A stretch of DNA of 64,000 nucleotides from an uncultured Candidatus Rokubacteria bacterium (GTDB taxonomy: Bacteria > Methylomirabilota > Methylomirabilia > Rokubacteriales > DASRDR01): the NCBI GenBank assembly GCA_963708025.1, contig CAVPSB010000014.1:160001-224000 (forward strand), given 5' to 3'. Positions 43,110 through 52,789 of the stretch are shown here, piece by piece; position 1 is the stretch's first letter, and each line of letters opens with the position of its first letter. The notes beneath the pieces were generated by a model. The model was not told the origin of the DNA and did not search any database. It saw nothing but the letters and a program-made list of their open reading frames with translations. The translations under genes were made by a program, and so were the position numbers.

Positions 43110-43172
43110 TCCTCCGACTCCCCCCTCCCCCCAGTGGGTGGGGGAGGGGGCTGGGGGGGTGGGCGGGAGGTC
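43110..43172. repeat. REP-like G/C-tract repeat (inverted copy)
   Basis: CCCCCCTCCCCCCAGTGGGTGGGGGAGGGGG...GGGTGGGCGGGAGG. Confidence 0.7.
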
Positions 43173-43192
43173 TCGAACTGAGGTCTGACGCC

Positions 43193-43282
43193 ATGACCGA
43201 GCAGCGGCCCGATCCCAACGAGGTACCGGAGTGGGTCTGCGCCGCCCAGAAGGCACCCGAGGCCCGGCTCGACGCGAGTTAG
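43193..43282 (+). pseudogene. 29-aa kdpD relic (N-terminal motif joined to C-terminal tail)
   Basis: MTEQRPDPNEVPEWVCAAQKAPEARLDAS* compared with kdpD MIEHRPDP...EKPPEVRLDAG*. Confidence 0.55.
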
Positions 43283-43313
43283 CCGGCGGGCAGGGATCCG
43301 CGAGGAGGCATCG

Positions 43314-44096
43314 ATGAGTCGAGAGGACCCGATCGAGGTGTGGCTGGCGGTCGCCGGGCTGGGCGCGGTCGCGCTCGGAGTCGCGCTGATCCCGCTCCGA
43401 GCGGTCACGTCCGCGTCGAACCTGGCCTTCGTGTTCCTGGCCTTCACGATCGTCGTCGCCGAGATGGGCGGCCGCGGGCCGGCGTTGCTGGCGGCGCTCG
43501 TCTCGGCGATGAGCCTCGACTTCTTTCTCACCGAGCCCTACCTGACGCTGGCGATCAGCAAGACGGACGACGTGATCGCGTTCGCCGGGCTGGTCGGGTG
43601 CGGGCTCATCGCCGCCGCGTTCGGCGCCCGCCGGGCCCGCTGGTCCGAGACCGCCCGCCGCGCGGCCGGGGAGCTGGACGTGCTGAAGGGGGTGAGCGGG
43701 CGACTGGCCGAGGGGGCGTCGCTCGACGGCGTCCTCGAGGACCTGCGCCGGGCCTTCCGCCTGGGGACGGTGGCCCTGCGGGACGCCGACGAGCGCGTCA
43801 TCGCCGTGACGCCACCGGGTGCGGCGGCTCCGGGAGCTCCCACCGCGCGCCTGAACCCCGGCTCGCTGCTGGCGTCCGACGCGACGACGCACCGGTTCGG
43901 CCCCCGGGGCCTCCGCCTCCCCGAAGGGGGCGGGCGCCTGCGCCTCCCGGCCGGGGAGGACGTCGTCTGGCTCGATCTCCAGGAGGGCGATCCGCTGGGC
44001 CTCGACCTCGACGAGCGCGAGACGCTGTCGATCGCGGCCTCGATCCTGGGGCTAGCGCTGGCCCGCGCGCGCCGCCGCCTCGGCCCCGCCGCCTAG
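43314..44096 (+). CDS. Stand-alone DUF4118 (KdpD-type TM) protein with GAF-like tail
   Basis: SNLAFVFL...MSLDFFLTEPYLTLAISKTDD, with no kinase motifs. Confidence 0.8.
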   Translation: MSREDPIEVWLAVAGLGAVALGVALIPLRAVTSASNLAFVFLAFTIVVAEMGGRGPALLAALVSAMSLDFFLTEPYLTLAISKTDDVIAFAGLVGCGLIAAAFGARRARWSETARRAAGELDVLKGVSGRLAEGASLDGVLEDLRRAFRLGTVALRDADERVIAVTPPGAAAPGAPTARLNPGSLLASDATTHRFGPRGLRLPEGGGRLRLPAGEDVVWLDLQEGDPLGLDLDERETLSIAASILGLALARARRRLGPAA

Positions 44097-44303
44097 GGCG
44101 GATCCGAGAGCGTCGCAGTCGGCTGCGACACTGGTCTTAGCCGATCTCGGCCCCACTTGCGGGACCGCCGGCAGGGTCGCGAGTCGCGCGATCCCGACGC
44201 ATGCGGCTCGCCTGCGGACGGCGCTCCGCGTCCTAACGCTGCTCGCTCCTCGGCCCCGCCCAGGGACCGTGACTCTCGAGCCGGAGCCGGCTCTCCCGGA
44301 AGA

Positions 44304-45188
44304 CTAGACCTCGACGACCAGGCCGTCCGCCGCCGCGTAGCACCGGGTGGTCGAGTGCTGGGAGGCCAGGAGCTGCTTGGCCTTGTGGAGCATCTCGGAC
44401 ACGATCTCGTCGGTGTGCATCGGGTCGTGGTGGAACAGGGCCAGTGACCGCACGCGGGCCTGGAGGGCGACCCCGACCGTCGCGCTGAGCGACGAATGGC
44501 CCCAGCCGATCCGGCTCCGGTACTCGTCGTCGGTGTACTGCGCCTCGCCGATGTAGAGGTCGGCGCCGGCGGCGAAGCGCACGATCCCCTCGTCGAGGAG
44601 CTGGCCGAGCTGGTAGCCGCGCTCCCCCCGCTGGCCGACGTTGGGCAGGGTGGAGCGATAGGGCTCGTGGTCGGTCGCGTAGACCAGTGTCTTGCCGTCG
44701 CGCTGCACCTTGTAGCCGAGGTTCATCCCCGGATGGTTCAGGTACATGGCGGCGATCGTCGTGTCGCCGATGCGGAAGTCCTCGCCCCGGAACTCGTGGA
44801 AGACGAGCGACGCGGCGAGGTCGCCGAGCCCGACCGGAAAGTAGTCGGAGTCCATCTGGCCGTGGAGGAGCTTTTCCAGCGACCGTCCCTGGCCCGGTGA
44901 GCCGTAGACGTGCAGGGTCGTCGTCGCCTCGTAGGCTGGCCTGAAGAAGGGGAATCCCTGGATGTGGTCCCAGTGGGTGTGGCTGATGAACAGGTGAAGC
45001 GTGAGCGGCTGGCCGAGAGACTCCCCCATGAGCGCCTGGCCCAGCTCGCGGATGCCGGTGCCGGCGTCGAAGATCAGGATGTCCGGCCCGCACCGCACCT
45101 CGACGCACGCGGTGTTGCCGCCGTACAGCCCGGTGCGGGGGCCCGGCGCGGGAATCGAGCCGCGCGTCCCCCAGAAGGTGACTTTCAC
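44304..45188 (-). CDS. MBL-fold metallohydrolase (putative phosphodiesterase)
   Basis: FWGTRGSIP, YGGNTAC, DAGTG, SHTHWDHIQG, GWGHS, FHHDP. Confidence 0.9.
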   Translation of the reverse strand: MKVTFWGTRGSIPAPGPRTGLYGGNTACVEVRCGPDILIFDAGTGIRELGQALMGESLGQPLTLHLFISHTHWDHIQGFPFFRPAYEATTTLHVYGSPGQGRSLEKLLHGQMDSDYFPVGLGDLAASLVFHEFRGEDFRIGDTTIAAMYLNHPGMNLGYKVQRDGKTLVYATDHEPYRSTLPNVGQRGERGYQLGQLLDEGIVRFAAGADLYIGEAQYTDDEYRSRIGWGHSSLSATVGVALQARVRSLALFHHDPMHTDEIVSEMLHKAKQLLASQHSTTRCYAAADGLVVEV

Positions 45189-45595
45189 AGCGCGCCCCTC
45201 GAGGCGTCGCGCTCGCCGAGCCGGCGCTGGACCAGCTCGAACAGCTCCTCGATCTGGAAGGGCTTCACGACGTAGTCGGTGGCGCCGAGCGTGCGGACCC
45301 GGTCCTGGTCCGACTTGTAGACCTTCGCCGACATCGCGATCACGATGGCCTCGCCGAGCGCCGGGTCGGCCCGGACCTGCCGGATCAGCTCGAAGCCGTG
45401 CATCTGGCCCATCATGAGGTCCGTGATGATGACCGGAGGGTGGTGGCGGCGCGCCAGGTCGATCGCCTCCACGCCGTCCCGGGCGGTGTGGACCTCGAAG
45501 CCCTTGTCCTCGAAGAAGAAGGCCAGGAAGCCGAGCAGACTGGCGTCGTCGTCGACGATCAGGACCGAGCGGGAGGGCGCGGCGGGGTCGCTCAC
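45185..45595 (-). CDS. Single-domain response regulator (CheY-like)
   Basis: VLIVDDD, ITDLMM, DYVVKPF. Confidence 0.88.
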   Translation of the reverse strand: MSDPAAPSRSVLIVDDDASLLGFLAFFFEDKGFEVHTARDGVEAIDLARRHHPPVIITDLMMGQMHGFELIRQVRADPALGEAIVIAMSAKVYKSDQDRVRTLGATDYVVKPFQIEELFELVQRRLGERDASRGAL

Positions 45596-46026
45596 CGTGG
45601 CGGCGCCGGGCCCTGGCGGAGATCGATCCGGCGGAGCCGCTCCAGGTCGGCGCGGAGCTGGTCGATCTCGGTCTGCCGCGCGGCCAGGTCGGATTGCCGG
45701 ACGTCCAGCTCCCGGCGCAGCCGCTCGTTCTCGGTCTGGACGATCAGGAGCCGCTCGACGAGCGCCCGGGCCGCGCGGGCCCGGGGGGTCGCGGGGTCGT
45801 CGGGATAGGTCTTCAGGAACTCGTCGTAGAGCGCGAGCGCCCCTCGGTACTGGGCCGCCATCAGCCGGTCGTCGGCGCGCGCGAGCAGGCTGCTGCCCGG
45901 GGCCGGAGCCGGGGCCGGGGCCGAGACCGGAGCCGGAGCCGAGACCGGCGGGGGCGCAGACACCGGCGTCGCGGCGCACGCCGGCGCCAGCAAGGACGTC
46001 AGCAGGAGCGGGACCGAGCGCTTCAC
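45592..46026 (-). CDS. Lipoprotein with TPR-like and coiled-coil regions (QseG-like position)
   Basis: GTG KRSVPLLLTSLLAPAC lipobox-like, Pro/Ala linker, ALYDEFLKTYP, DLERLRRIDL. Confidence 0.7.
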   Translation of the reverse strand: MKRSVPLLLTSLLAPACAATPVSAPPPVSAPAPVSAPAPAPAPGSSLLARADDRLMAAQYRGALALYDEFLKTYPDDPATPRARAARALVERLLIVQTENERLRRELDVRQSDLAARQTEIDQLRADLERLRRIDLRQGPAPPR

Positions 46027-47526
46027 ACCGGACCGGTCACCGCGGGCGCGGCGGCGTCGCCGGCCTTCCGGGGCAGGAACACGGTGAACCGGCTGCCGCG
46101 GCCCTCGGTCGAACTCGACGGTCACCCGGCCCCCGTGGGCCTCGACCAGGCCGCGGACGATGGCCAGCCCCAGCCCGGTGCCGCCGTGGCCGGTGTGCGC
46201 CTGGCGGTACCGCTCGAACAGCACGGGCAGCTTGTCGGCCGGGATGCCGGCCCCGGTGTCCTCGACCTGCACCTCGAGGTCGGCCCCGGCGTCCAGGATT
46301 CGCAGGGTCACGGTGCCGCCGGGCGGCGTGAAGCGGATGGCGTTGGCCAGGAGGTTGACGAGCACCTCGACGATCCGGTCCTCGTCGCCGAACATCTCGA
46401 TCGCGCCGGGTGCGCGGTCGTAGGCCAGCGTCACCCCGCGCTCCTTGGCCTGGACGCGCATCTCCTCGACCGCACGGCGGGCCGCGCGGTCGAGGTCAAT
46501 CCAGCTTCGCTCGATCGGCAGGAGCCCGGCCGAGAGCCGGGACAGGTCGAGGACCTGGCTCACCAGGCGCAGCAGCCGCTCGGCGCTGGCGTGAATGATC
46601 CCGACCAGCTTTTCCTGCTTCTCGGTGAGGGGGCCGGGGCCGCCCTGCTGGAGGACGTGCGCCGCCTCGCGGGCCGAGGTGAGCGGGGAGCGCAGCTCGT
46701 GCGACATCGTGGCGTAGAACTGCTCCTTGATCGCGTCAACCTCGCGCAGCCGGGCCGCCATGCTGTTGAACGAGCGGGCCAGCGCCCCGATCTCGTCCGC
46801 GCTCTCGACCGGGACGGGCTCGAAGGAGCCCTCCGCCAGCGACGCGGTGGCGCCGGCCAGGCGGCGGAGCGAGTGCGTCATGCGGTGGGCGATCAGCGCG
46901 GTGCCGGCCAGCGCGGCGAGGAGTGCGACGACGAGGGCGACGACCACGGCCTGCCAGGTCCGATCGCGAAGCTGGGCGACGCCGCTCTGGACCTGGCCGA
47001 GGGCCGCCGAGGCCTGGAGCTGGCTCTGGTTGAGCGCCGCCTGGGTCAGGTCGGTGAGCTGCTCGAGGGCGGCGATGAGCTGACCGTTCGAGGCCTGGCC
47101 CTCCGAGTCGAGCACCTTGGCCGCCCGATCGCGGTCGCCCCGGGCCCGGGCCTCGCGGCTCTTGGCGACCGCCGCCCGGTAGCGGATGAAGGCGTCGATC
47201 GCCTGGCGCCAGGCCCCCCGCTCGGCGTCGCTCGCCAGGAACGTGCCGAGGAGGTCGAGCCCCTGCTGGATCCGGAAGGCCTCGTAGCTCGGGACAGCCA
47301 CGTACTCGCGGTCGGCGAACACGACGGCGCGCATCTCCAGGCGGTGGGCCTCGGCGACCCGCTCCCGGAGGGACGCCTCGAGCCGCAGGGCGTCGGCGGT
47401 CCGGACGGCGATCTGGCGGTCGGCCGTGATGAGCCGGGCCACCTCGGTGAGGGTCCACACCTCCACCCCCACCAGGACCAGGATCACCAGCGAGTTCGCC
47501 AGGAAGATCTTGGGGGCCAGGCGCAT
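46023..47526 (-). CDS. HAMP sensor histidine kinase (indel near 46112 fuses it to the lipoprotein in the ORF track)
   Basis: Two TMs, DEIGALARSFNSM, SHELRSPL, NLLANAIRF, DTGAGI, GTGLGL. Confidence 0.9.
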
Positions 47527-47650
47527 GGTCCACCTAAGCTAGCACGACTGGCCACCGTGGCTGGAGGGTCCTCTGAGGGCCCATTTGGGGCTCCCGGCCC
47601 CCGCCGGGAGCCGCCGTCCGGGCCTGCCTGGCAGCCGGCCGGAGACTCGA

Positions 47651-47679
47651 TTGCCACGCTTCCCGGGGTGTCCTATTCT
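47651..47679 (+). promoter_or_regulatory. Sigma-70 promoter of a probably leaderless gene
   Basis: TTGCCA-N17-TATTCT, then 6 nt to ATG 47686. Confidence 0.6.
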
Positions 47680-47685
47680 GCCGAC

Positions 47686-48816
47686 ATGGCGACTCTGGGT
47701 GAGCCGTTCCGGACCGCGCTGTGCGACCTGCTGGGGATCGAGTACCCGATCATCCAGTCGGGCATGGGCAACGTCGCCGGGCCGGAGCTGGCCGCCGAGG
47801 TGTCGCGGGCCGGGGCACTCGGCATCATCGCGGGCCTGAACGTGCCGCTCGACGAGCTGCGCCGCCGCATCCGCCGGATCCGGGAGCTGACCGACCGGCC
47901 CTTCGGCGTCAACCTGTGGCTTCACTCCGAGCTACGACCGCCCGCCGACGTGCAGCGCCTGCCGGAGGAGACGATCCGGGCCGTCCAGGGGACGCTCAAC
48001 CGATTCCGCGAGCGCCTGGAGATCCCGACGACGCTGGCCCGCCCCGCCCAGGTGCCGGATCTCATCGAGGCGTCCCTCGGCGTGATCCTGGACGAGCGCG
48101 TCCCGGTGTTCAGCGCGGGCATCGGCCTGCCGGACGCGGACATGATCCGGCGGTGCCACGAGCGGGGCGTCAAGGTCATGGCCATGGTCGCGACCGTCGA
48201 GGACGCCCGGGCCGCCGCCGGCGCCGGGGCCGACGCCGTGATCGCCCAGGGCAGCGAGGCGGGCGGCCACCGGTCGGTGGGCGTGAAGCCGGCCGCGCCC
48301 GACACGGTGAGCGTCGGGACGGTGTCGTTCGTGCCCCAGGTGGTGGACGCCGTCCGGGTGCCGGTGGTGGCCGCCGGCGGCCTTGCCGACGGGCGCGGCC
48401 TGGTGGCGGCCCTGGCGCTGGGGGCGAGCGGCGTGCTGCTCGGCACCCGCTTCGTCGCCACCCGGGAGTCGATGGCGCCGGAGTTCTGGAAGAAGAGCCT
48501 GCTCGAGGCGGACGGCACGGCCACGACCATGACCGAGGCCTTCACCGGGCAGTGGGCCCGCACGCTCCGGAACACGCTCCAGCGGGAGTACGGGGCCGCC
48601 GGGGCGCCCGTGCTGCCGAGCCTGCTCCAGACCAGCGCGGCCCAGGACGTGTACCAGGCGGCGGTCGCCCGGGCGGATCGCGAGTACTTCCCGATGTACG
48701 CGGGGCAGGGCGTCGGCCTGGTCCACGACCTGCCCGGCGCCGGCGAGGTCGTGGCGGCGATCGTCCGCGAGGCCCGCGCGGTGCTGGCCTCGCTGCCCCG
48801 CCGCGTCCGGACCTGA
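47686..48816 (+). CDS. Nitronate monooxygenase / FabK-like flavin oxidoreductase
   Basis: YPIIQSGM, PFGVNL, QGSEAGGHR, AAGGLADGRG, GTRF. Confidence 0.9.
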   Translation: MATLGEPFRTALCDLLGIEYPIIQSGMGNVAGPELAAEVSRAGALGIIAGLNVPLDELRRRIRRIRELTDRPFGVNLWLHSELRPPADVQRLPEETIRAVQGTLNRFRERLEIPTTLARPAQVPDLIEASLGVILDERVPVFSAGIGLPDADMIRRCHERGVKVMAMVATVEDARAAAGAGADAVIAQGSEAGGHRSVGVKPAAPDTVSVGTVSFVPQVVDAVRVPVVAAGGLADGRGLVAALALGASGVLLGTRFVATRESMAPEFWKKSLLEADGTATTMTEAFTGQWARTLRNTLQREYGAAGAPVLPSLLQTSAAQDVYQAAVARADREYFPMYAGQGVGLVHDLPGAGEVVAAIVREARAVLASLPRRVRT

Positions 48817-48857
48817 CACCGCCCGGGTGTCGTGCGGCCTGTCGTGCGGCAGTCGCC

Positions 48858-48886
48858 TTGACGCCCGGAAACTCACGGGATAGGCT
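48858..48886 (+). promoter_or_regulatory. Sigma-70 promoter
   Basis: TTGACG-N17-TAGGCT upstream of the VOC gene. Confidence 0.6.
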
Positions 48887-48940
48887 CGCGTGTCGTACGG
48901 ATTCCCATCGTCCACCCAGCCCGCACCCGGAGGAGACGGC

Positions 48941-49360
48941 ATGCCATACCGGATCAACCACATCCACCTGAAGGCGCCGGACCCGCGGAAGACGGCCGAC
49001 TGGTACGTCACCGCCTTCCGCTTCAAGATCCTGAGCGACGACGTCCGGGTCTTCGGCGACCGCTTCGTCCGCTGCACCAGCGAGGACGGCGGGTTCTTCG
49101 TCAACATCTCGGGCGCCCGGACCGGCGAGCGCCTCGGCCCCGGCGACGCCGGCGCCCACCACGGGCTCGAGCACTTCGGCTTCGACTCGGAGCACCTCGA
49201 GAGCGACATCACGCGGCTCGAGGGGCTCGGCGCCAAGCTCCTGGAGGGGCCGATCCAGGTGCCGAACGGCCCGCGGATCTGCTTCATGCGGGCGCCCGAC
49301 GACACGCGGATCGAGCTGATCGAGCCGCCGAAGAAGCCAGTGGCGGGCGGCGCGTGCTGA
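48941..49360 (+). CDS. VOC/glyoxalase family protein
   Basis: INHIHL, GLEHFGF, PDDTRIELIE; GGAGGAG RBS. Confidence 0.88.
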   Translation: MPYRINHIHLKAPDPRKTADWYVTAFRFKILSDDVRVFGDRFVRCTSEDGGFFVNISGARTGERLGPGDAGAHHGLEHFGFDSEHLESDITRLEGLGAKLLEGPIQVPNGPRICFMRAPDDTRIELIEPPKKPVAGGAC

Positions 49361-49385
49361 GCGCGGGAGAGGGAATGAGTTCCGC

Positions 49386-49442
49386 CGGCTCCCCCCCCCC
49401 CCGGTGGGTGGGGGAGGGGGGTTGGGGGGGTGGGCGGGAGGT
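49386..49442. repeat. REP-like G/C-tract repeat (inverted copy)
   Basis: C-tract-GGTGGGTGGGGGAGGGGG...GGGTGGGCGGGAGG. Confidence 0.7.
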
Positions 49443-49458
49443 GTCGGAGGTGGACGCG

Positions 49459-50517
49459 ATGACGACGCACCGGATCGCGGTGATTCCCGGTGACGGGATC
49501 GGGAAGGAAGTGGTGCCGGAGGGGATGCGGGTGCTGGAGGCGGCCGGCCGCCGCTTCGGCTTCGACTTCGCCTGGACCCAGTTCGACTGGAGCTGCGAGG
49601 CCTACGCCCGCACCGGCCGGATGATGCCGGAGGACGGGCTCGAGCGCCTGCGGGCGTTCGAGGGCATCTTCCTGGGGGCGATCGGGGCCCCCGGCGTGCC
49701 CGACCACGTCTCGCTGTGGGGCCTCCTCATCCCGATCCGCCGGACCTTCCGCCAGTACGTGAACCTCCGCCCGGTGCGGCTCCTCCGGGGCGTGCGGTCG
49801 CCCCTGGCCGGTCGCGGGCCGGACGACATCGACATGGTCATCATCCGCGAGAACAACGAGGGCGAGTACTCCGAGATCGGCGGCCGGCTCTACAAGGGGA
49901 CCGACGACGAGCTGGCGGTGCAGCAGGCGATCTTCACGCGCCACGGCATCGACCGGATCATGCGCTACGCCTTCGAGCTGGCCCGGCGGCGCCCGGCCCG
50001 GCACCTGACCTCCGCCACCAAGTCGAACGGGATCATCCACAGCATGCCGTACTGGGACGAGCGCTTCGCGGCGATGGCGAAGGAGTACCCGGACGTCAGG
50101 ACCGACCAGTTCCACATCGACATCCTGGTCGCCCACTTCGTCCAGCACCCCGACTGGTTCGACGTCGTGGTGGCCTCGAACCTGTTCGGCGACATCCTCT
50201 CCGACCTCGGCCCGGCCATCGCCGGCTCGATCGGCCTGGCCCCCGGCGCCAACATCAACCCGGAGAAGACGTACCCCTCGATGTTCGAGCCGGTGCACGG
50301 CTCCGCTCCAGACATCGCGGGAAAGGGGCTCGCCAACCCGATCGGCCAGATCTGGACCGGGGCGATGATGCTGGAGCACCTGGGCCACCCCGAGGCGGCG
50401 GCGGCCATCGTCGGTGCCATCGAGCGCCTGGTCGCCGAGGGGAAGACGCTGACCCGCGACCTCGGCGGCAAGGCGTCCACGACGGAGGTGGGGGAGACGA
50501 TCGCCTCGCTGATTTAG
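49459..50517 (+). CDS. Tartrate dehydrogenase/decarboxylase (D-malate dehydrogenase family)
   Basis: IPGDGIGKEV, VPDHVSLWGLL, RENNEGEY, ATKSNG, SNLFGDILSD, EPVHGSAPDI. Confidence 0.92.
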   Translation: MTTHRIAVIPGDGIGKEVVPEGMRVLEAAGRRFGFDFAWTQFDWSCEAYARTGRMMPEDGLERLRAFEGIFLGAIGAPGVPDHVSLWGLLIPIRRTFRQYVNLRPVRLLRGVRSPLAGRGPDDIDMVIIRENNEGEYSEIGGRLYKGTDDELAVQQAIFTRHGIDRIMRYAFELARRRPARHLTSATKSNGIIHSMPYWDERFAAMAKEYPDVRTDQFHIDILVAHFVQHPDWFDVVVASNLFGDILSDLGPAIAGSIGLAPGANINPEKTYPSMFEPVHGSAPDIAGKGLANPIGQIWTGAMMLEHLGHPEAAAAIVGAIERLVAEGKTLTRDLGGKASTTEVGETIASLI

Positions 50518-50743
50518 CCGGGGTGCCGGAGCGGTCGAGACGCTCGACCGCGGGGGCTCGATCATCGTTCCCGCCCGGCGCACCGGCGGGTTGTCCATCT
50601 CGAATACGCGGCCAGCGAGCTACCGGGAGGACTCGAGTGGCACGAGCGCCTCGCGTGAGGGATCAGACTCCGTCGCCCTGAGGCTGCGTCACTCACGGCA
50701 TGCGGCCCTTCCGGATTGATAAGATTGAAAGGCCTGACCCCCT

Positions 50744-51655
50744 ATGCCGGAGCTACCGAATATCCTCGTCTACCTCCAGGCCCTCGAGCCTCGGATCGTC
50801 GGCCGGGTCCTCGATCGGGTGCGGCTGGCCAACCCCTTCCTGCTCCGATCGGTCGAGCCCCCGCTCGACGCGGTGACCGGACGCCCCGTGCTCGCCCTCC
50901 GCCGCGCCGGCAAGCGGATCGTCCTGGCGTTCCCCGAGGAGGTCTTCCTGCTCGTCCACCTCATGATCGCCGGGCGCCTCCACTGGAGGCCGGCTGGCAT
51001 CAAGATTCCCGGGAAGATCGGGCTCGCTGCCTTCGACTTCGCTTCAGGCACGTTGCTCTTCACCGAGGCCGGCTCGACCCGCCGGGCGTCGCTCCACCTC
51101 GTCCGGGGCGAGGCCGCGCTCCGCGAGCACGACCCGGGGGGCCTGGAGGTGCTGGAGGCCGACCTCCCCGCGTTTCGGGCCGCGCTCCTCCGGGAGAGCC
51201 ACACGCTCAAGCGCGTCCTCACCGACCCGCGACTGTTCAGCGGGATCGGCAACGCGTTCTCCGACGAGATCCTCCACCGGGCCCGCCTGTCGCCGGTGCG
51301 GCTGACCCGGCGGCTCACCGCCGGCGAGATCGAGGCGCTCCACGCCGCGACCCGGGAGACGCTCCTCGAGTGGACGGCCCGGCTCGGGCGCGAGGCCGGG
51401 GAGGGCTTTCCCGAGCACGTGACCGCGTTTCATCCGGAGATGGCGGTCCACGGCCGCTACGGGAAGCCCTGCCCGGTGTGCGGGACGCCGATCCAGCGGA
51501 TCGTCCACGCCGAGAACGAGACCAACTACTGCCCGCGCTGCCAGACGGGCGGCAAGCTCCTCGCCGACCGGGCGTTGTCACGCCTCCTCAAGCAGGACTG
51601 GCCGCGTACGCTCGAGGAGCTGGAAGAGCGCCGCGCTACCGGGAAGCGAGGATGA
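50744..51655 (+). CDS. Fpg/Nei family DNA glycosylase
   Basis: N-terminal PELP, H2[14 protein letters not shown], Zn finger CPVC...CPRCQ. Confidence 0.92.
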   Translation: MPELPNILVYLQALEPRIVGRVLDRVRLANPFLLRSVEPPLDAVTGRPVLALRRAGKRIVLAFPEEVFLLVHLMIAGRLHWRPAGIKIPGKIGLAAFDFASGTLLFTEAGSTRRASLHLVRGEAALREHDPGGLEVLEADLPAFRAALLRESHTLKRVLTDPRLFSGIGNAFSDEILHRARLSPVRLTRRLTAGEIEALHAATRETLLEWTARLGREAGEGFPEHVTAFHPEMAVHGRYGKPCPVCGTPIQRIVHAENETNYCPRCQTGGKLLADRALSRLLKQDWPRTLEELEERRATGKRG

Positions 51656-52406
51656 AGAGCCGGCGGAAGGGGAAGAGCGTGCGTCCCCCGGCGCGCCGTG
51701 GGTACGCGGCCGCCATGCGCGCGGCGTAGTCGGCGAGGAACGCCTCGCGCTCGGGCGCATCGAGGGCGTCCAGCAGCGGCTTGAGCGCGCTGCCCCGTGT
51801 CCACTCGACCACCGGACGCTCGCCCTCGAGCACATGGAGGTATTCCGTCTCCCAGATGTCGAGCCGCGCCGCGTGGGGGGCCAGCCAGTCGTAGTACGCG
51901 CTCGGGGCGGCGGTCGGCGCCCGGCGGAGAAGCGGCGCCAGCCGCTCGCGCCAGGGGCCGCCCTCGGCGGCGCGGACCATCTCGGCGTGGGACGGGGCCG
52001 CGTGGTTGCGCGGCATCTGGACCGCGAGGACCCCGCCGGGCGCGAGCCCCGCGAGCAGGCGGGGGAAGAGCCGCGCGTGGTCGTCGAGCCAGTGGAGCGC
52101 CGCGTTGGAGAAGATCAGGTCGGCCGGGCGGGGAGGCGTCCAGGTCTGCAGGTCCGCCTCGATCCACCGGACGCCGGGCGCTGCCCCGGCCGCCGCCTCC
52201 AGCATGGCGGCGGAGGCATCGACACCCGTCACCGCGGCGCCGGGCCAGCGCTGGCCGAGGAGGCGGGTGACGTTCCCCGCCCCGCACCCCAGATCGTAGA
52301 CGGTGGCCGGCGCCGCGAGCGGCACGCGGACCAGGAGGTCGAGCGCCGGCTGGAGCCGCGGCCCGGCGAACTCGAGGTACTTCGCCGGATCCCACTCGGC
52401 CCTCAC
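51636..52406 (-). CDS. tam: Trans-aconitate 2-methyltransferase
   Basis: [36 protein letters not shown]. Confidence 0.9.
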   Translation of the reverse strand: MRAEWDPAKYLEFAGPRLQPALDLLVRVPLAAPATVYDLGCGAGNVTRLLGQRWPGAAVTGVDASAAMLEAAAGAAPGVRWIEADLQTWTPPRPADLIFSNAALHWLDDHARLFPRLLAGLAPGGVLAVQMPRNHAAPSHAEMVRAAEGGPWRERLAPLLRRAPTAAPSAYYDWLAPHAARLDIWETEYLHVLEGERPVVEWTRGSALKPLLDALDAPEREAFLADYAARMAAAYPRRAGGRTLFPFRRLFILASR

Positions 52407-52789
52407 TCGGTCCACTCGCCGCGCTCCACCAGGACGGCCTTGAACGTTTCCAGGGCGTCCACCACGACGGGCATCCCGCCATAGGTCACCATCTGGAAGA
52501 TCACCTCCGCCACTTCCTGACGGGTGGCCCCGACGTTGAGCGCGGCGTGGAGGTGGGCACGCAGCTCCGGCCGCCGGTTGAGCACGGTGAGGGCGGCGAC
52601 GGCGCAGAGCTCCCGGTCGCGCTGCGGGATCACCTCGCGGCTGTAGAGTGTGCCCGTGAAGAACATCGACAGCTCCCGGGCCAGGTCCTTGTCGAATCGC
52701 TTCCACAGCTCGAACCCGGTGCCGCCCCGGAGCGTGTGGAAGAGGCGGGCGGCCGTTCGCCGGGTGGTCTCTCGGAGCTCGTCGCTCAT
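52403..52789 (-). CDS. Carboxymuconolactone decarboxylase family protein
   Basis: RDRELCAVAAL, LRAHLHAALNVG, YGGMP. Confidence 0.85.
   Translation of the reverse strand: MSDELRETTRRTAARLFHTLRGGTGFELWKRFDKDLARELSMFFTGTLYSREVIPQRDRELCAVAALTVLNRRPELRAHLHAALNVGATRQEVAEVIFQMVTYGGMPVVVDALETFKAVLVERGEWTE

Noticed and set aside
45880-45965. Short tandem repeats (GCCGGAGCCGGGGCC...) as a possible array
   Set aside because: They encode the Pro/Ala linker of the lipoprotein, with no repeat-spacer structure.
45592-47526. 644-aa kinase-lipoprotein fusion
   Set aside because: A single extra base near 46112 explains it. The corrected kinase ends at 46023 and the lipoprotein has its own signal peptide.
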